Below the pieces are notes generated by a model, which was given only the letters and a program-made list of their open reading frames with translations, was not told the DNA's origin and did no database searches. The translations under genes and the position numbers were made by a program. 64,000 bases of DNA from Carcharhinus amblyrhynchos (lineage: Eukaryota): NCBI GenBank assembly GCA_965287045.1, contig OZ336905.1:12834001-12898000 (forward strand), given 5' to 3'. Each line of letters starts with the position of its first letter. Positions within the stretch are counted from its first letter, which is position 1. Shown here piece by piece: positions 1 through 11,689 of the stretch.

Positions 1-423
1 GAGAAATACACAGGTTTCTTTCCGGAATAAAGACCTTCTTCATTTGAGGACTAAGGAACATGATTTAAGCCCAAGTCACATAATAAGCATTTATATTGCC
101 TTTAATGCGGTTAAAATGTCCCAGATATACATTTTAAGAGTGTTATCAAAGAAAATTTGTAGAATCATGGGATGAAAGTCTCCATTATCTCCCAGCTTTT
201 ATGACCCTACATAAAATGACTAAGGAGCGTCTCAACCCTGTTAATAACGGGCATGGGCGCAATGCAGCGGCCTTTAATCAGCACATACTATCATTCCCAA
301 TCAGCAGATCAGAAAGATCTGAGAATACACAACACTCCCTGACAAAAAGAAAATGTAATCTGAACTCAAACTTTAGTCATAGCATTTTATATCCAACTAC
401 CAGAAGGAATGTTAAGAGTGCAA

Positions 424-1345
424 GATCATAAGAAACAGGGGCGGGAGTAGGCCATTTGACTCATCGAGCCTGCTCTGCCATTCAATAAGATTATGGCCGT
501 TCTGACCGTGGCCTTAATTCCACTTCATTGCTCACCCTCCACCCCCTAATCCTCAACTTCTTTTAGATCAGAAATCTGTCGAACACAGCTTTGAATGTAT
601 TGAATGACTCAGCCTCCACTCTCTGGGAAAGAACATTCCAAAAACTAACAACCCTCGGAGAAGAAACTCTATTTTTAAAATTTTATTTATAGAATGTTAG
701 CGTCACTAGTTAGGCCAGCATATATTGCCCATACCCAAGTGTGCTCGAGAAGGCTGTGACGAGCTACCTTCTTGGACTGCTGCATTCCTTATGAAGTTGT
801 TAGGGAGTTCCACAATTTTGACCCAGCAACAGCGATGTAATGGCGATATAGTTCCAGGATGGTGTGTGGCTTGGAGGGGAAATTGCAGGTGATAATGTTC
901 CCAAGTATCTGCTGCCCTTTCCTTCTAAGTGGGTTGGAAATATGCTGTCAAAGGAGCCTTAGTGAGCTTCTGCAGTACATCTTGTAGATGGTCCACATTG
1001 CTGCATTGTGCATCAGTGGAGGGAGTGAATGTTTAAGGTGGTGGTGGATAATCAAGTAGGGCTTTGTCCTAGATGTGTTGGAGCTGCACTCATCCAGGCA
1101 AGTGGAGAGTATTCAACACTTCTAGTGCCTTGTAGATGGTGAACAGGCTTTGGAGAGTCAGGTGGTGAGTTAGTTGCTGCAGAATTTCCAGCCTCTGACA
1201 CGGGCAGCTTCAGTATCTGAGGAGTCGCAAATGGTGCTGACCATTGTGCAATCAGCAGTAAGCATCTCATTTCAAACCTTAAATGGCAGATCCTTTATCT
1301 TTAATCTGTGCCCAGGAACCATCTTCTCAGAATCTATCCTGTTTT
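424..1345 (-). mobile_element. CR1 3' end (424-670, resuming 1281-1345) with a nested second LINE 3' fragment (approx. 675-1280)
   Basis: cataagaaacaggggcgggagtaggccatt is a CR1 tail in reverse. The inner piece encodes RSVEYSPLAWMSAAPT, the same family as 25200-25920. Confidence 0.75.
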
Positions 1346-1497
1346 AAGTAAGGGAAGTGAGAGCTGCGGTTTTAAAAATGCATATAGAAATTCTTCATTC
1401 AAACATTAGAAGATTTCCAGAATACGATTCTACAGTGCAATCTCATTCCAGAGTTTCTAAATTATATCAAGGTTTATTTAAAATCGCACACTGGTAC

Positions 1498-1650
1498 CTG
1501 TTGCAACTGCTTCATAAGAGCATCTGTACTTTTTATTCCTTCATCCTTTTTGCTTTTCTTTCGAGAGTTGCTGCCTCTGTCGTTTGCCTTTTGTGTCCTT
1601 TTCGTTTTCGGGCCCAAGTTTTTCTTGCTAATTTCCTGAAGTTCCTTTAC
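1498..1650 (-). CDS. KMT2D: KMT2D coding exon (approx. human exon 40); the gene continues beyond the window's left edge
   Basis: Donor CAG|gtacca at 1497. Reads ...KKNLGPKTKRTQKANDRGSNSRKKSKKDEGIKSTDALMKQLQQ (human KPLTPKPKRVQKASDRLVSSRKKLRKEDGVRASEALLKQLKQ). Three in-frame acceptors are possible (exon start 1650, 1644 or 1635). Confidence 0.9.
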
Positions 1651-2233
1651 CTTGTAAGCAAAAACCAAAGGATTTAATTTAAAAAAAAAGGCGATTTAAG
1701 TACATGGCCCTTGAATTTTCTTTGCATGTTGTACACATGCGCAACTCAACAGGGGCCGACTTTTGGGTTGCTGAGAAGCTTCGAAGGAACAGTGATTGGG
1801 ATCACAAAAGGAGCTTCCATTATTCTTGGCGGATCACAAATTGCCAAAAAATTAGTCAGGAACATTCTACTGGGCCAATATTCTTTTGAAATCACAGGAA
1901 CCCTGGGATAAGATACCAAATAAGAGTAAAAATGAAGGGAAGTTTGGGGATAAAATATCTTTTGCAAAACGTGGATGGGTCATTTAAAAATTACATCTAA
2001 TTTACTGCTCGCTACACAGCCCCAGAGATTCCACTCCTTTCAGGCTAATGACAGTAAAGAAGCTACAACAAGGTAGGCATTTCTTTTAAAGCACACCTTC
2101 TCGCCTGGCTCCCCCTCATCCCAACCATCAAACTAGCAGGCCAAAAAAAGCCTTGTGATTACTTCAGACCCACTCTATTAACTGCTTGTATAGGTTTCCA
2201 CAATTTTACCGAGAGTAAGATTGTTACCAGATT

Positions 2234-2545
2234 GGGCAGCAGAGTGGCACAATGGCACAATAGTTAGCATTGCTGCCTCACAGTGCCAGGGACTCAGGTT
2301 TGATTCCCGGCTTGGGTCACTGTCTGTGTGGAGTTTGCACGTTCTCCCCGTGTCTGCGTGGGTTTCCTCCGGGTGCTCCGGTTTACTCCCACATTCCAAA
2401 GATGTGCGGGTTAAGTTGATTGACCATGCTAAACTGCTCCTTAGTGTCCCAAGATATATAGGTTAGGGGGATTACAGGAGTATGAGTCAGTGCAGACTCA
2501 ATGGACCAAATGGCCTCCTTCAGCACTGCAGAGATTCTATGAATC
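2234..2545 (+). mobile_element. HE1-type (V-SINE) tRNA-derived SINE, near full length
   Basis: tRNA-like head with A/B boxes (tggcacaatagttagc; ggtttgattccc), V-domain gtggagtttgcacgttctccccgtgtctgcgtgggtttcctccggg and CR1-type tail gattctatga. Confidence 0.9.
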
Positions 2546-2990
2546 CTTCTATACAACACATGGACTTTGAATTTCTGGCTTAAAATGTTAAGCTGCCAAT
2601 GTGACCCCAATGCTGACTATCCTGCTTTTTTGTTCTCACCATTTTCACATTTTACTTGCAGAAAAACCTTTCTACAAACACAAGATTTTGCAAACAACTA
2701 CATGAATGAAAAGATCAAATTAATTTACAATAGACATCTTTTCTAGTGTCCTAATAGAATTGCTTTTAAAGTCAGCAACTCAGGATTCGAGGCTCGATTT
2801 AAATTAGAAGTGGAGAAACAGCATTGGAGTGGCATAACTCCATTAAGAGATTAAACTTGCTGTGAGTGGTTGCCTATGAACCTACTTACGTATTTCATGC
2901 AAAGTCTGATCTTCATGCGTGAAACATTGATATGGTAAGGGCACTATACAAAGATTGCGATCTCAACGTAAACTATGATTTTTAACTAAC

Positions 2991-5900
2991 CTCTGAATTT
3001 CCAGTTGCACCTTGTAGTTTTCGATCTATCATCACAGCTTTGCTTTCAATGTGACCTTTTACAGTTAAATGCGTTCCATCTCCAGAGCGTTGTGCCACAA
3101 GCTGCAAGTTCTTAGTGCGTAAAAGTTTCTGGAGAAGCAGCTGTCCAGCCTCAGACCTTGGAGCAAGAAAAGAATGATCCCCTGCATTCAAGGCATTGAC
3201 AGAGTCAGTATTTGACTCGTGCTTTACAGCTCCTTCTGGAAATCCACAGCGAATTACATCAATGCTTTCCTGTTTCACTAAGTGACCTATACCTGCTGTG
3301 TTGGTGTCTTTGGTAGCACTCTCCTGTAGTGTAGGACAGCTGCCCTGTCTTCCTATGACTTTCTGTGTACACTCCTCTTGTCCATTGGTCTGATTCAACA
3401 ATGACGACTCTGATCTCAGCCCAGTGGATTCCTCCTTTGTTGCATGACTTGAGGGAGATATTGGGAAGTCAAACGTACAAGGTTTCTTCAAGTCACTTTG
3501 TTCATGGATCTCAACATTCATTCTGGCTTGAGACTCAGTTACTGAACCTGCTTTTCCAACAGTCTCATGTGGTTTTATTACCAATGTATCAGGCTTCGAA
3601 TCAGGTATCTTTTGAGGTATAATTGCTAGCGTGTCTGTCATGCAAGCACTACTTTCTTTGGATTCATGGTCTTTAAACAATTCTGGTTGTGACTGCATTA
3701 TTGTTTCCAAAGTTTCACCTTGTAGTGCCACATCTCCCAAGTTTGTTTTATTTAACTCTGGATGTGACATTTGTGAACGATTGCAATGAGCTTGGCCAGA
3801 CACCAATTCACTTCCTGACCCCATGTTCTGCCTTGCTCGTTTGTTTTGAATTGGATGGGCCATCTCTTGTGGCTTTCCGCCATGTTCGGTTTTTACCTGC
3901 TGAACATATACCATTCCTGGACGAAAGTGGCCTAAGCCAAGCTGTTGGCCAGTTATATGAACTGAACGCAGCCCTGCCTGCTGTTGCTGAAACGACTGTG
4001 AATTCATGATGTTTTGTACTCCCGGTCTTGGATCTCCCGTAGTTCCATGCTGCTGAGATGTTGCTACTCGCACCACTCCTTGTAAACTGAGACCATTATT
4101 CTGTTGTAGACCTGTTACAGCTTGTTGCTGTACACGTCTCATTAACTGACCCTGCTGATTGATAAGTCGCTGCTGTCCTGCAATGCCTTGTTGCATTGGT
4201 TGTTGTATTGATGTCACTGCTCGTGTTTGTAAATTCTGATACATCATACCTTGAGGTTGTCCCAGTCCTGCTCCATTCTTAGACAGCTGCTGCTGTCTCA
4301 TCATATTCTGAGTTAGAGGCTGGTTACGGTCTTGTCCCGATATGCACTGGGTAGGCAGCAGAGATTCTTGTTCCATTACAATTTGGCCTTGCTGCTGCTC
4401 CTGCCTCACTATGCCTGTAGGTGTTTGTTCCTGTTGCTGCTCCTGCTCCTTCTCATGTCCCACCATACCTGAAACCTGCAGGGGTTGCTGCCCACCAACT
4501 GTGCCCAAGTTCTGCATCTGCTGCCCATGGCCCACTGTACCTGGAGATTGCCTCTGCCCAGTTAGGTTCTGCAATTGTTGCTGTCCCTGACTTTGCCCCA
4601 ACATGCCTTGTGGATGTGGCTGCTGCTGTCCCTGCTCTTGACCTATCAAGTTCTGTGCCAGCTGCCCCTGCCCCATCAGGCTTTGTGGTTGCCCCTGCCT
4701 AACTACACTCTGAGGCTGCAACTGCCACTGCCCCATCAGGCCCTGTAGCATTTGCTGCTGCCCTTGTCTCATCCCAACCAAACCTTGAGGCTGCTGCTGT
4801 TGCTTTACATGTCCCAATGGACCCTGAGGCTGGGGCTGTCCCACTCCTATCATGGCCCGAGGCTGTGGTTGCTGCCCCATCCCCACTGTGCCCTGAGGTT
4901 GGGGCTGCTGCTGTCCAACTCCGATAATGCCCTGAGCCTGGGGCTGCTGAATAATCCCCACTGTGCCCTGAGGCTGCTGCTGTCCAACTCCTACCATGCC
5001 TGGAGGCTGGGGTTGCTGTTGTACCATGCCTGGAGGCTGGGGTTGCTGTTGTCCCATCCCTATTGTACATTGGGGTGACTGCTGTTGCTGTCCCATTCCC
5101 ACAGTGCTCTGCGGTGACTGCTGTTGCTGTCCCATTCCCACAGTGCCCTGCGGTGACTGCTGTTGCTGTCCCATTCCCACAGTGCTCTGCGGTGACTGCT
5201 GTTGCTGTCCCATTCCCACAGTGCTCTGCGGTGACTGCTGTTGCTGTCCCATTCCCACTGTACTCTGCGGTGACTGGGGTTGCTGCCCCACAGCCACTGC
5301 GCCCTGCTGCTGCCCCACAGCCACTGCGCCCTGCTGCTGCCCCACAGCCACTGCGCCCTGCTGCTGGGGTTGCTGCCCCACAGCCACTGCGCCCTGCTGC
5401 TGGGGTTGCTGCCCCACACCCACCGTGCCCTGCTGCTGCCCCACACCCACCGCGCCCTGCTGCTGGGGTTGCTGCCCCACACCCACCGTGTCCTGCTGCT
5501 GGGGTTGCTGACCCGCGCCCTGCTGCTGGGGTTGCTGCCCAACACCCACCGCGCCCTGCTGCTGGGGTTGCTGCCCCACACCCACCGCGCCCTGCTGCTG
5601 GGGTTGCTGCCCCACACCCACCGCGCCCTGCTGCTGGGGTTGCTGCCCCGCGCCCTGCTGCTGGGGTTGCTGCCCCGCGCCCTGCTGCTGGGGTTGCTGA
5701 CCCACAGCCCCCGCGCCCTGCTGCTGGGGTTGCTGACCCACAGCCCCCGCGCCCTGCTGCTGGGGTTGCTGACCCACAGCCCCCGCGCCCTGCTGCTGGG
5801 GTTGCTGACCCACAGCCCCCGCGCCCTGCTGCTGGGGTTGCTGACCCACAGCCCCCGCGCCCTGCTGCTGGGGTTGCTGACCCACAGCCCCCGCGCCCTG

Positions 5901-8900
5901 CTGCTGGGGTTGCTGACCCACAGCCCCCGCGCCCTGCTGCTGGGGTTGCTGCACCGCGCCCTGCTGCTGGGGTTGCTGACCCGCAGCCCCCGCGCCCTGC
6001 TGCTGGGGCTGCTGACCCGCAGCCCCCGCGCCCTGCTGCTGGGGCTGCTGACCCGCAGCCCCCGCGCCCTGCTGCTGGGGCTGCTGACCCGCAGCCCCCG
6101 CGCCCTGCTGCTGGGGCTGCTGACCCGCAGCCCCCGCGCCCTGCTGCTGGGGCTGCTGACCCGCAGCCCCCGCGCCCTGCTGCTGGGGCTGCTGACCCGC
6201 AGCCACCGCGCCCTGCTGCTGGGGCTGCTGACCCACAGCCACCGCGCCCTGCTGCTGGGGTTGCTGACCCACAGCCACCGCGCCCTGCTGCTGGGGTTGC
6301 TGACCCACAGCCACCGCGCCCTGCTGCTGGGGTTGCTGACCCACAGCCACCGCGCCCTGCTGCTGGGGTTGCTGACCCACAGCCACCGCGCCCTGCTGCT
6401 GGGGTTGCTGCCCCGCGCCCACGGTGCCCTGTTGCTGGGATTGCTGTCCCATACCCACTGTGCCTTGAGATGACTGCTGTTGCAGTCCCATACCCACTGC
6501 ACCTTGTTGCTGGGGTTGCTGTCCCATACCCACTGCACCTTGTTGCTGGGGTTGCTGTCCCATACCCACTGCGCCTTGAGATGACTGCTGTTGCAGTCCC
6601 ATACCCACTGCGCCTTGTTGCTGGGGTTGCTGTCCCATACCCACTGCGCCTTGTTGCTGGGGTTGCTGTCCCATACCCACTGCACCTTGTTGCTGGGGTT
6701 GCTGTCCCATACCCACTGCACCTTGTTGCTGGGGTTGCTGTCCCATACCCACTGCACCTTGTTGCTGGGGTTGCTGTCCCATACCCACTGCACCTTGTTG
6801 CTGGGGTTGCTGTCCCATACCCACTGCACCTTGTTGCTGGGGTTGCTGTCCCATACCCACTGCACCTTGTTGCTGGGGTTGCTGTCCCATACCCACTGCA
6901 CCTTGTTGCTGTCCCATACCCACTGCACCTTGTTGTTGGGGTTGCTGTCCCATACCCACTGCACCTTGTTGCTGTCCCATACCCACTGCACCTTGTTGCT
7001 GTCCCATACCCACTGCACCTTGAGATGACTGCTGCTGCTGCTGCCCCATACCCACTGCACCTTGTTGCTGGGGTTGCTGTCCCATACCCACTGCACCTTG
7101 TTGCTGGGGTTGCTGTCCCATACCCACTGCACCTTGTTGCTGTCCCATACCCACTGCACCTTGTTGCTGGGGTTGCTGTCCCATACTCACTGCGCCTTGA
7201 GATGACTGCTGCTGCTGTCCCATACCCAGTGCACCTTGTTGCTGTCCCATACCCACTGTGCCTTGAGATGACTGCTGCTGCTGTCCCATTCCCTGCCCCA
7301 ATGGGAGCTGCTGTCCCATTGGGCCCTGGGTTATCTGCTGTCCAATTGCTTGCTCCACTGTGCTCTGGGGCTGGGATGGTGTTTGCTGTCCTACTGTACT
7401 CTGGGGAAGAGATGGTGGCTGTGACTGCTGTCCTATCATGCCTTGGGCTTGACGGAGTTGTTGCTGTGGCCCGACTCCCATCGTAGCATGGGGCTGATTT
7501 TCTTGTCCCTGTCCAATAGTGCTCTGGGGCTGATGTGGCTGTCCTTGATCCATTGCTCCCTGAGGCTGGGATTGCTGCCCTTGCTCCAGTGAGACTTGGG
7601 ATGGATGCTGTTGCCTCATACCCTGCCCCATCATGCCCTGAGGCTGATGCTGCTGCTGTCCCTGTCCTATTATGCCTGGCAGTTGGTGCCTGATGACTTG
7701 CAGTGGAGCTGGCTGTCCCATTATGCTTTGTGTTGCTAGGTGTTGGCCCAAAACATCCTGAGATTGCTGCCTCATTATACCCTGCATTCTAGTTTGATGC
7801 CCTATTGTGCTTTGCTGCTGGCCTTGGAAGGGTGTGGAAAGTCTCAGAATACTGTTCTGTCTGATAACACTTTGAGAGTGGAGTTGTCCTGACACAGTTT
7901 GAAGGTGATGCTGTTGCAGTGGTGTCATTGTTCCCAACTGCTGACTCTGGGAAGCAACCCCTTGTTGATGCCCTATGAGTCCTTGCTGTTGCAAAGGAGC
8001 ACTGGATGCCTGTTGTTGTAAAACCAGATTTTGCTGTTGCTGTTGAGAGGTGAGGATTTGCTGTTGAACTGTAAGACCTTGTTGATGGACCAACTGCTGC
8101 GCCATAAGACCTTGCTGGGGCCGCGGAGGTTTTGGATGACTTGTAAGACCCTGTTGGTGGGGTTGCTGATGCCCAAGGAGGCCTTGCTGTTGACTCATCA
8201 GCCTTAAATGTTGCTGCTGTGGTGCCAGACTCTGCTGGTGTTGTGTTGCTGGCTGTGCCTGACCCATGTTGCTGTGCTGTTGGGGTAGTTGCTGCCCTGC
8301 AAGAACTTGCTGCTGCTGAGCAGATTGGTGCTGTGACTGGACAACAATCCCTTGCTGTTGTCCAATGAAGCCTTGCTGCTGTTGACCCATGACACCCTGC
8401 GGTGTTGGTTTGTTACCCACAATATTTTGCTGAGTTGTTGGCTGAAGCTGTCCAATGATACCTTGTTGCTGCAGCTTGCCCATGATGCTTTGCTGCTGAG
8501 ATGGCCCTACAAGTCCTTGCTGTTGAATAAGTTGCATTCTTTGCTGCAGTTGAAGCTGTCTCTCCTGCAAGAGTCTGCTTTCATTTGTAAGAGTTTGAGC
8601 AGCAGAATTTCCAGGAAAAAAACTGGCTGAGGGAGCAGAAGATACAGTTCCTGAGGCAGAGGGATATTCCTGCTGCTGAGACACAGCTGAGGCTAAGAAT
8701 GTTGGTCCCTGTTGCAGCGGTACTGTAGCCCCGATTTGTGGCACTCTTATATTTCCTGCATGTCCTATTAGTGTATTTGGTTGCTGAGCTATTGCTTGAG
8801 ATCCAAGGATTGCCCCTCCTTGCTGGGCTAATGCTGCTGATAACATAGGTGTTGAAAGTTTGGGCATTACTCTCGGATTCTGGGATGAAGTTGTCGCCAT

Positions 8901-8990
8901 CATCCCCGAGGGGGATAAAGAACATTTCTGTTGCTGTTTATTCCGATATTCTGTCATAAGGTTTGTATGCTCTTTTTGCTGTTTACGGAC
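2991..8990 (-). CDS. KMT2D: KMT2D giant Q-rich exon (approx. human exon 39), 6000 nt / 2000 codons, phase 0-0
   Basis: atatgttttag|GTCCGTAAACAG (VRKQQKEHTNLMTEYRNKQQQ) ... AATTCAGAG|gttagt. Uninterrupted ORF; C-terminal conserved RSEAGQLLLQKLLRTKN LXXLL block. Confidence 0.96.
5040..7290 (-). repeat. Coding minisatellite (27/36/39-bp units) within the KMT2D Q-rich exon
   Basis: Directly visible tandem units, e.g. ccatacccactgcaccttgttgctggggttgctgtc (36 bp; GMGQQPQQQGAV). Roughly 60-65 units, all multiples of 3; degenerate copies extend to about 4480 and 7660. Confidence 0.98.
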
Positions 8991-9184
8991 CTAAAACATA
9001 TGTATTAAAAAAAAACTTAGAGAACTGAAATATAGTGGAGATTAGACAAAAAGTCAGTACAATTTTATAATGAACCACCTAACTGGCACATACCAAATCA
9101 ACACTAATTTCAGTGGGATTAGTTAAATACAGTTGATTTGTTTTGCAACCAATTTCACAATATTAACTGTACTGCCATACTATA

Positions 9185-9600
9185 AAAAAGATAGAGGCAC
9201 GGGAGAGGATGCAGAAAAGATTTTCAAGGATGATACCAGAAATGTGTGAGTTTACACATTCAATCAGCAAAGGATTTGCAGGCTGGGTCTCTTTTCTCTT
9301 GAATAAAGGCTAAGGAGTGACCTTACAGAGGTGTTCAAAATTATGAAAGGTTTTGATAGGCATTTTTGATAGGCAGAGACAATGTTAAGAGTAGTGAAAA
9401 TGTGGAACTCACTATCATGGGGAACAGCTGGAGTAAATAGTATAGAGGGGAGCTACACAAGGAAATGAAGGAGGTAATAGAGGGTTATGATGATAGATTG
9501 AGATGAGAAAAGATGGGAGGAGACTCGAGTGAAGCATACACACCAAGATGGACTGGTTGGTCCAAATGGTCTGTTTCTGTACTGTATTTTGAATGCAATC
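9185..9600 (+). mobile_element. CR1 3' end fragment
   Basis: gagaggatgcagaaaagattttcaaggatgataccaga...atggactggttggtccaaatggtctgtttctgtactgta. Confidence 0.75.
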
Positions 9601-10160
9601 CTGTGTAAACTTATAGAACAGGTGAGGATAAATTCAAAAGTTTAATTTCATGGCTTATTCTACATAAGATTTGGTCAAAAGTTCTCATTAGGGAGGCAGT
9701 TTTAACAGGAAAACATTTTTCTTCGCTGAAGACAACAGCTGAAGCAGTTCGATGAGCTGAAAAATTACGTTTTTGATATACAAAAAATAAAAGCCCAGAG
9801 ATTATGTAGAATTCACGAGGAAAGGAAAAACAATAAAAAGGAAACTCAAGTCAAAATTTCTTTCATAAATCACCGGTACTGAAGTTTGATCCATATATTG
9901 GAAAGAAAACTTCCAGAGGGGTTTTGAAAAGAAAAGACATGGCATCCAAACATGCACATATGTATGGAGCTGTCTTATCAGGAAGAATGGGATTAATTGG
10001 ATGAGCAAGCTAGCTGGTCCATCAAGATCAATGGATGGTTTTCTCCCATGTGTAATAGATTACTATGGTAGCTGCACTACTACTTAAGGTAAAATAAAAC
10101 TGAGGTACTGCAAGTAGTTTTATTAGACAACACCAAGGTTGGGTCCTGAGAGCATCCTAC

Positions 10161-10393
10161 CTGATCAAGTTGTTTCTGGATTTTACTTTGTTGCTCTGTA
10201 ACTCGCTTAAGTTTTTCTGCATCAGCCTCCGGAAACTCACGCCCCGCCTTCTTGGCTGTCCGCTGTTTGGCACATAATGCTTTTCTAGACTTCCTATGGA
10301 CACCAATCTGATCTTCTAAAAATTTCAGCTGCATTTGAAGTAGCTGTTGTGTGTGGAGCAGCCATTCTTCATATTGACGGTGTTCTGCCTCAT
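10161..10393 (-). CDS. KMT2D: KMT2D coding exon (approx. human exon 38), 233 nt, coiled coil
   Basis: tcttgtgctctag| ... CAG|gtagga. Reads NEAEHRQYEEWLLHTQQLLQMQLKFLEDQIGVHRKSRKALCAKQRTAKKAGREFPEADAEKLKRVTEQQSKIQKQLDQ. Confidence 0.97.
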
Positions 10394-10465
10394 CTAGAGC
10401 ACAAGAACCAAACAATACAACTGACATATCCAAAATATTAAAATCTTCGTGTGCAATTTTTGAAC

Positions 10466-10663
10466 TAGAATCTCTACAGTGCTGGAGGCGGCTATTCGGT
10501 CCATCAAGTCTGCACCGACTTTCCCAAAAGAGCATCTTATTAGCCCAAAACACACACACACACACACCCCTCCACGCACTTGCCACGGCCAATTTACCGA
10601 ATCAGCACATCTTTAGACTATAGGAGGAAACCCACATGGACACGGGAAGCATGTGCAAACTCC
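10466..10663 (-). mobile_element. Partial HE1-type SINE with internal (CA)n microsatellite
   Basis: Tail tagaatctctacagtgc..., V-domain remnant aggaaacccacatggacacggg..atgtgcaaactcc, and (CA)n near 10551-10567. Confidence 0.75.
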
Positions 10664-11504
10664 GGAGAATATGCAACCATCACTTGAAAACAGTTATACA
10701 AGTCTTAGGTTTAGTTCCTTTAAATTAACATGTAATAGCTAAAAGATTAAATATGGTTATACAATAATATTTTTCCTGTTTGTAAAATATAAACAACGAA
10801 AGGTCATTATTGAGGCAGAAACTCCCACATCAATGCAATCATCTCCAGAGCTGTCTCCATGAACTCAGTGCTGCTCTTTTAGGACTGATGCTGGAGAGAT
10901 GTGAACTTTGCTAACTGCACCAATTTATCATTTTCCGTGCCAGTTTCCCTTGACTTGATTCAGCAGTACTTTAGTGCTGATTCTGAGTTGGGTTGAGTGT
11001 GTCCACATTGTATCTCCTATCTTCCACCTTTGAGACCATTGTTATCCCATCGCTGGGACTGGAGTGAACCCAAAAAGGGCACGGTGGTGTGAATCCACTG
11101 CCTCCTGGAATCCAGGAGACTGAAGCTTTATTAAACTTGACAACTGAAATATTTCTCCAGATAAAATGAACATATTTTAAGAGGAAATTTCCCAGCTATT
11201 TTCACTGGTTTAATTTCTGTAGTCTAAGCATTATTACTATAAAAGAAAACAGAGCCATATCGCTAAAACAACAGCCTAGCAAACTAAACTAATACGTTTG
11301 TTCCCAAACAGAATGATAACTATGGTGATAAGATGTAGTCAATTTTGGCAATCAGAAATTACAGGTTTGTCAGTAGATTTGTAGAACAAGTATACTGTAA
11401 ATTCTAGTTCAAAGCTCTAAGCTAAAATAATTAGTGAGCTTTGGACAAGGATCAGAGAGAACCATAGCATGAAATCAACAGCAAACATTATTGCCCATCA
11501 GGTG

Positions 11505-11680
11505 GTGGTGAGATTGTTAGAAAAACCCATCTGGTTCACTAACGTCCTTTAGGGAAGGAAATCTGCCGTCCTTACCTGGTCTGGCTTACATGTCACTCCA
11601 GAGCCACAGCAATGTGGTTGACTCTTAGCTGCCCTCTGAAGTGGCCTAGCAAGCCACTCAGTTGCAACAACCGCTATAAA
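11505..11680 (+). mobile_element. Shark interspersed repeat (SINE body / LINE 3' UTR fragment)
   Basis: aaacccatctggttcactaacgtcctttagggaaggaaatctgccgtccttacctggtctggc... is a stretch I recognise as a high-copy chondrichthyan repeat; family not assigned. Confidence 0.55.
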
Positions 11681-11689
11681 ATATGGAGA

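Noticed and set aside
5040-7290. 36-bp periodic repeats resembling a CRISPR array
   Set aside because: Units are head-to-tail with no unique spacers, lie in frame within a spliced vertebrate exon, and there are no cas genes.
5063-7486. 807-aa plus-strand ORF and other overlapping long ORFs (5060-7159 minus, 5280-6473 plus, 4996-5511 plus Cys-rich, 6591-7028 plus)
   Set aside because: These are shadow frames of a stop-free tandem repeat whose units are multiples of 3. They begin and end at the array edges and mostly lack ATG starts. No independent gene evidence.
10800-11130. Coding-looking non-repeat stretch in the intron
   Set aside because: The minus-strand frames I checked hit stops, I found no phase-compatible donor, and there is no recognisable homology.
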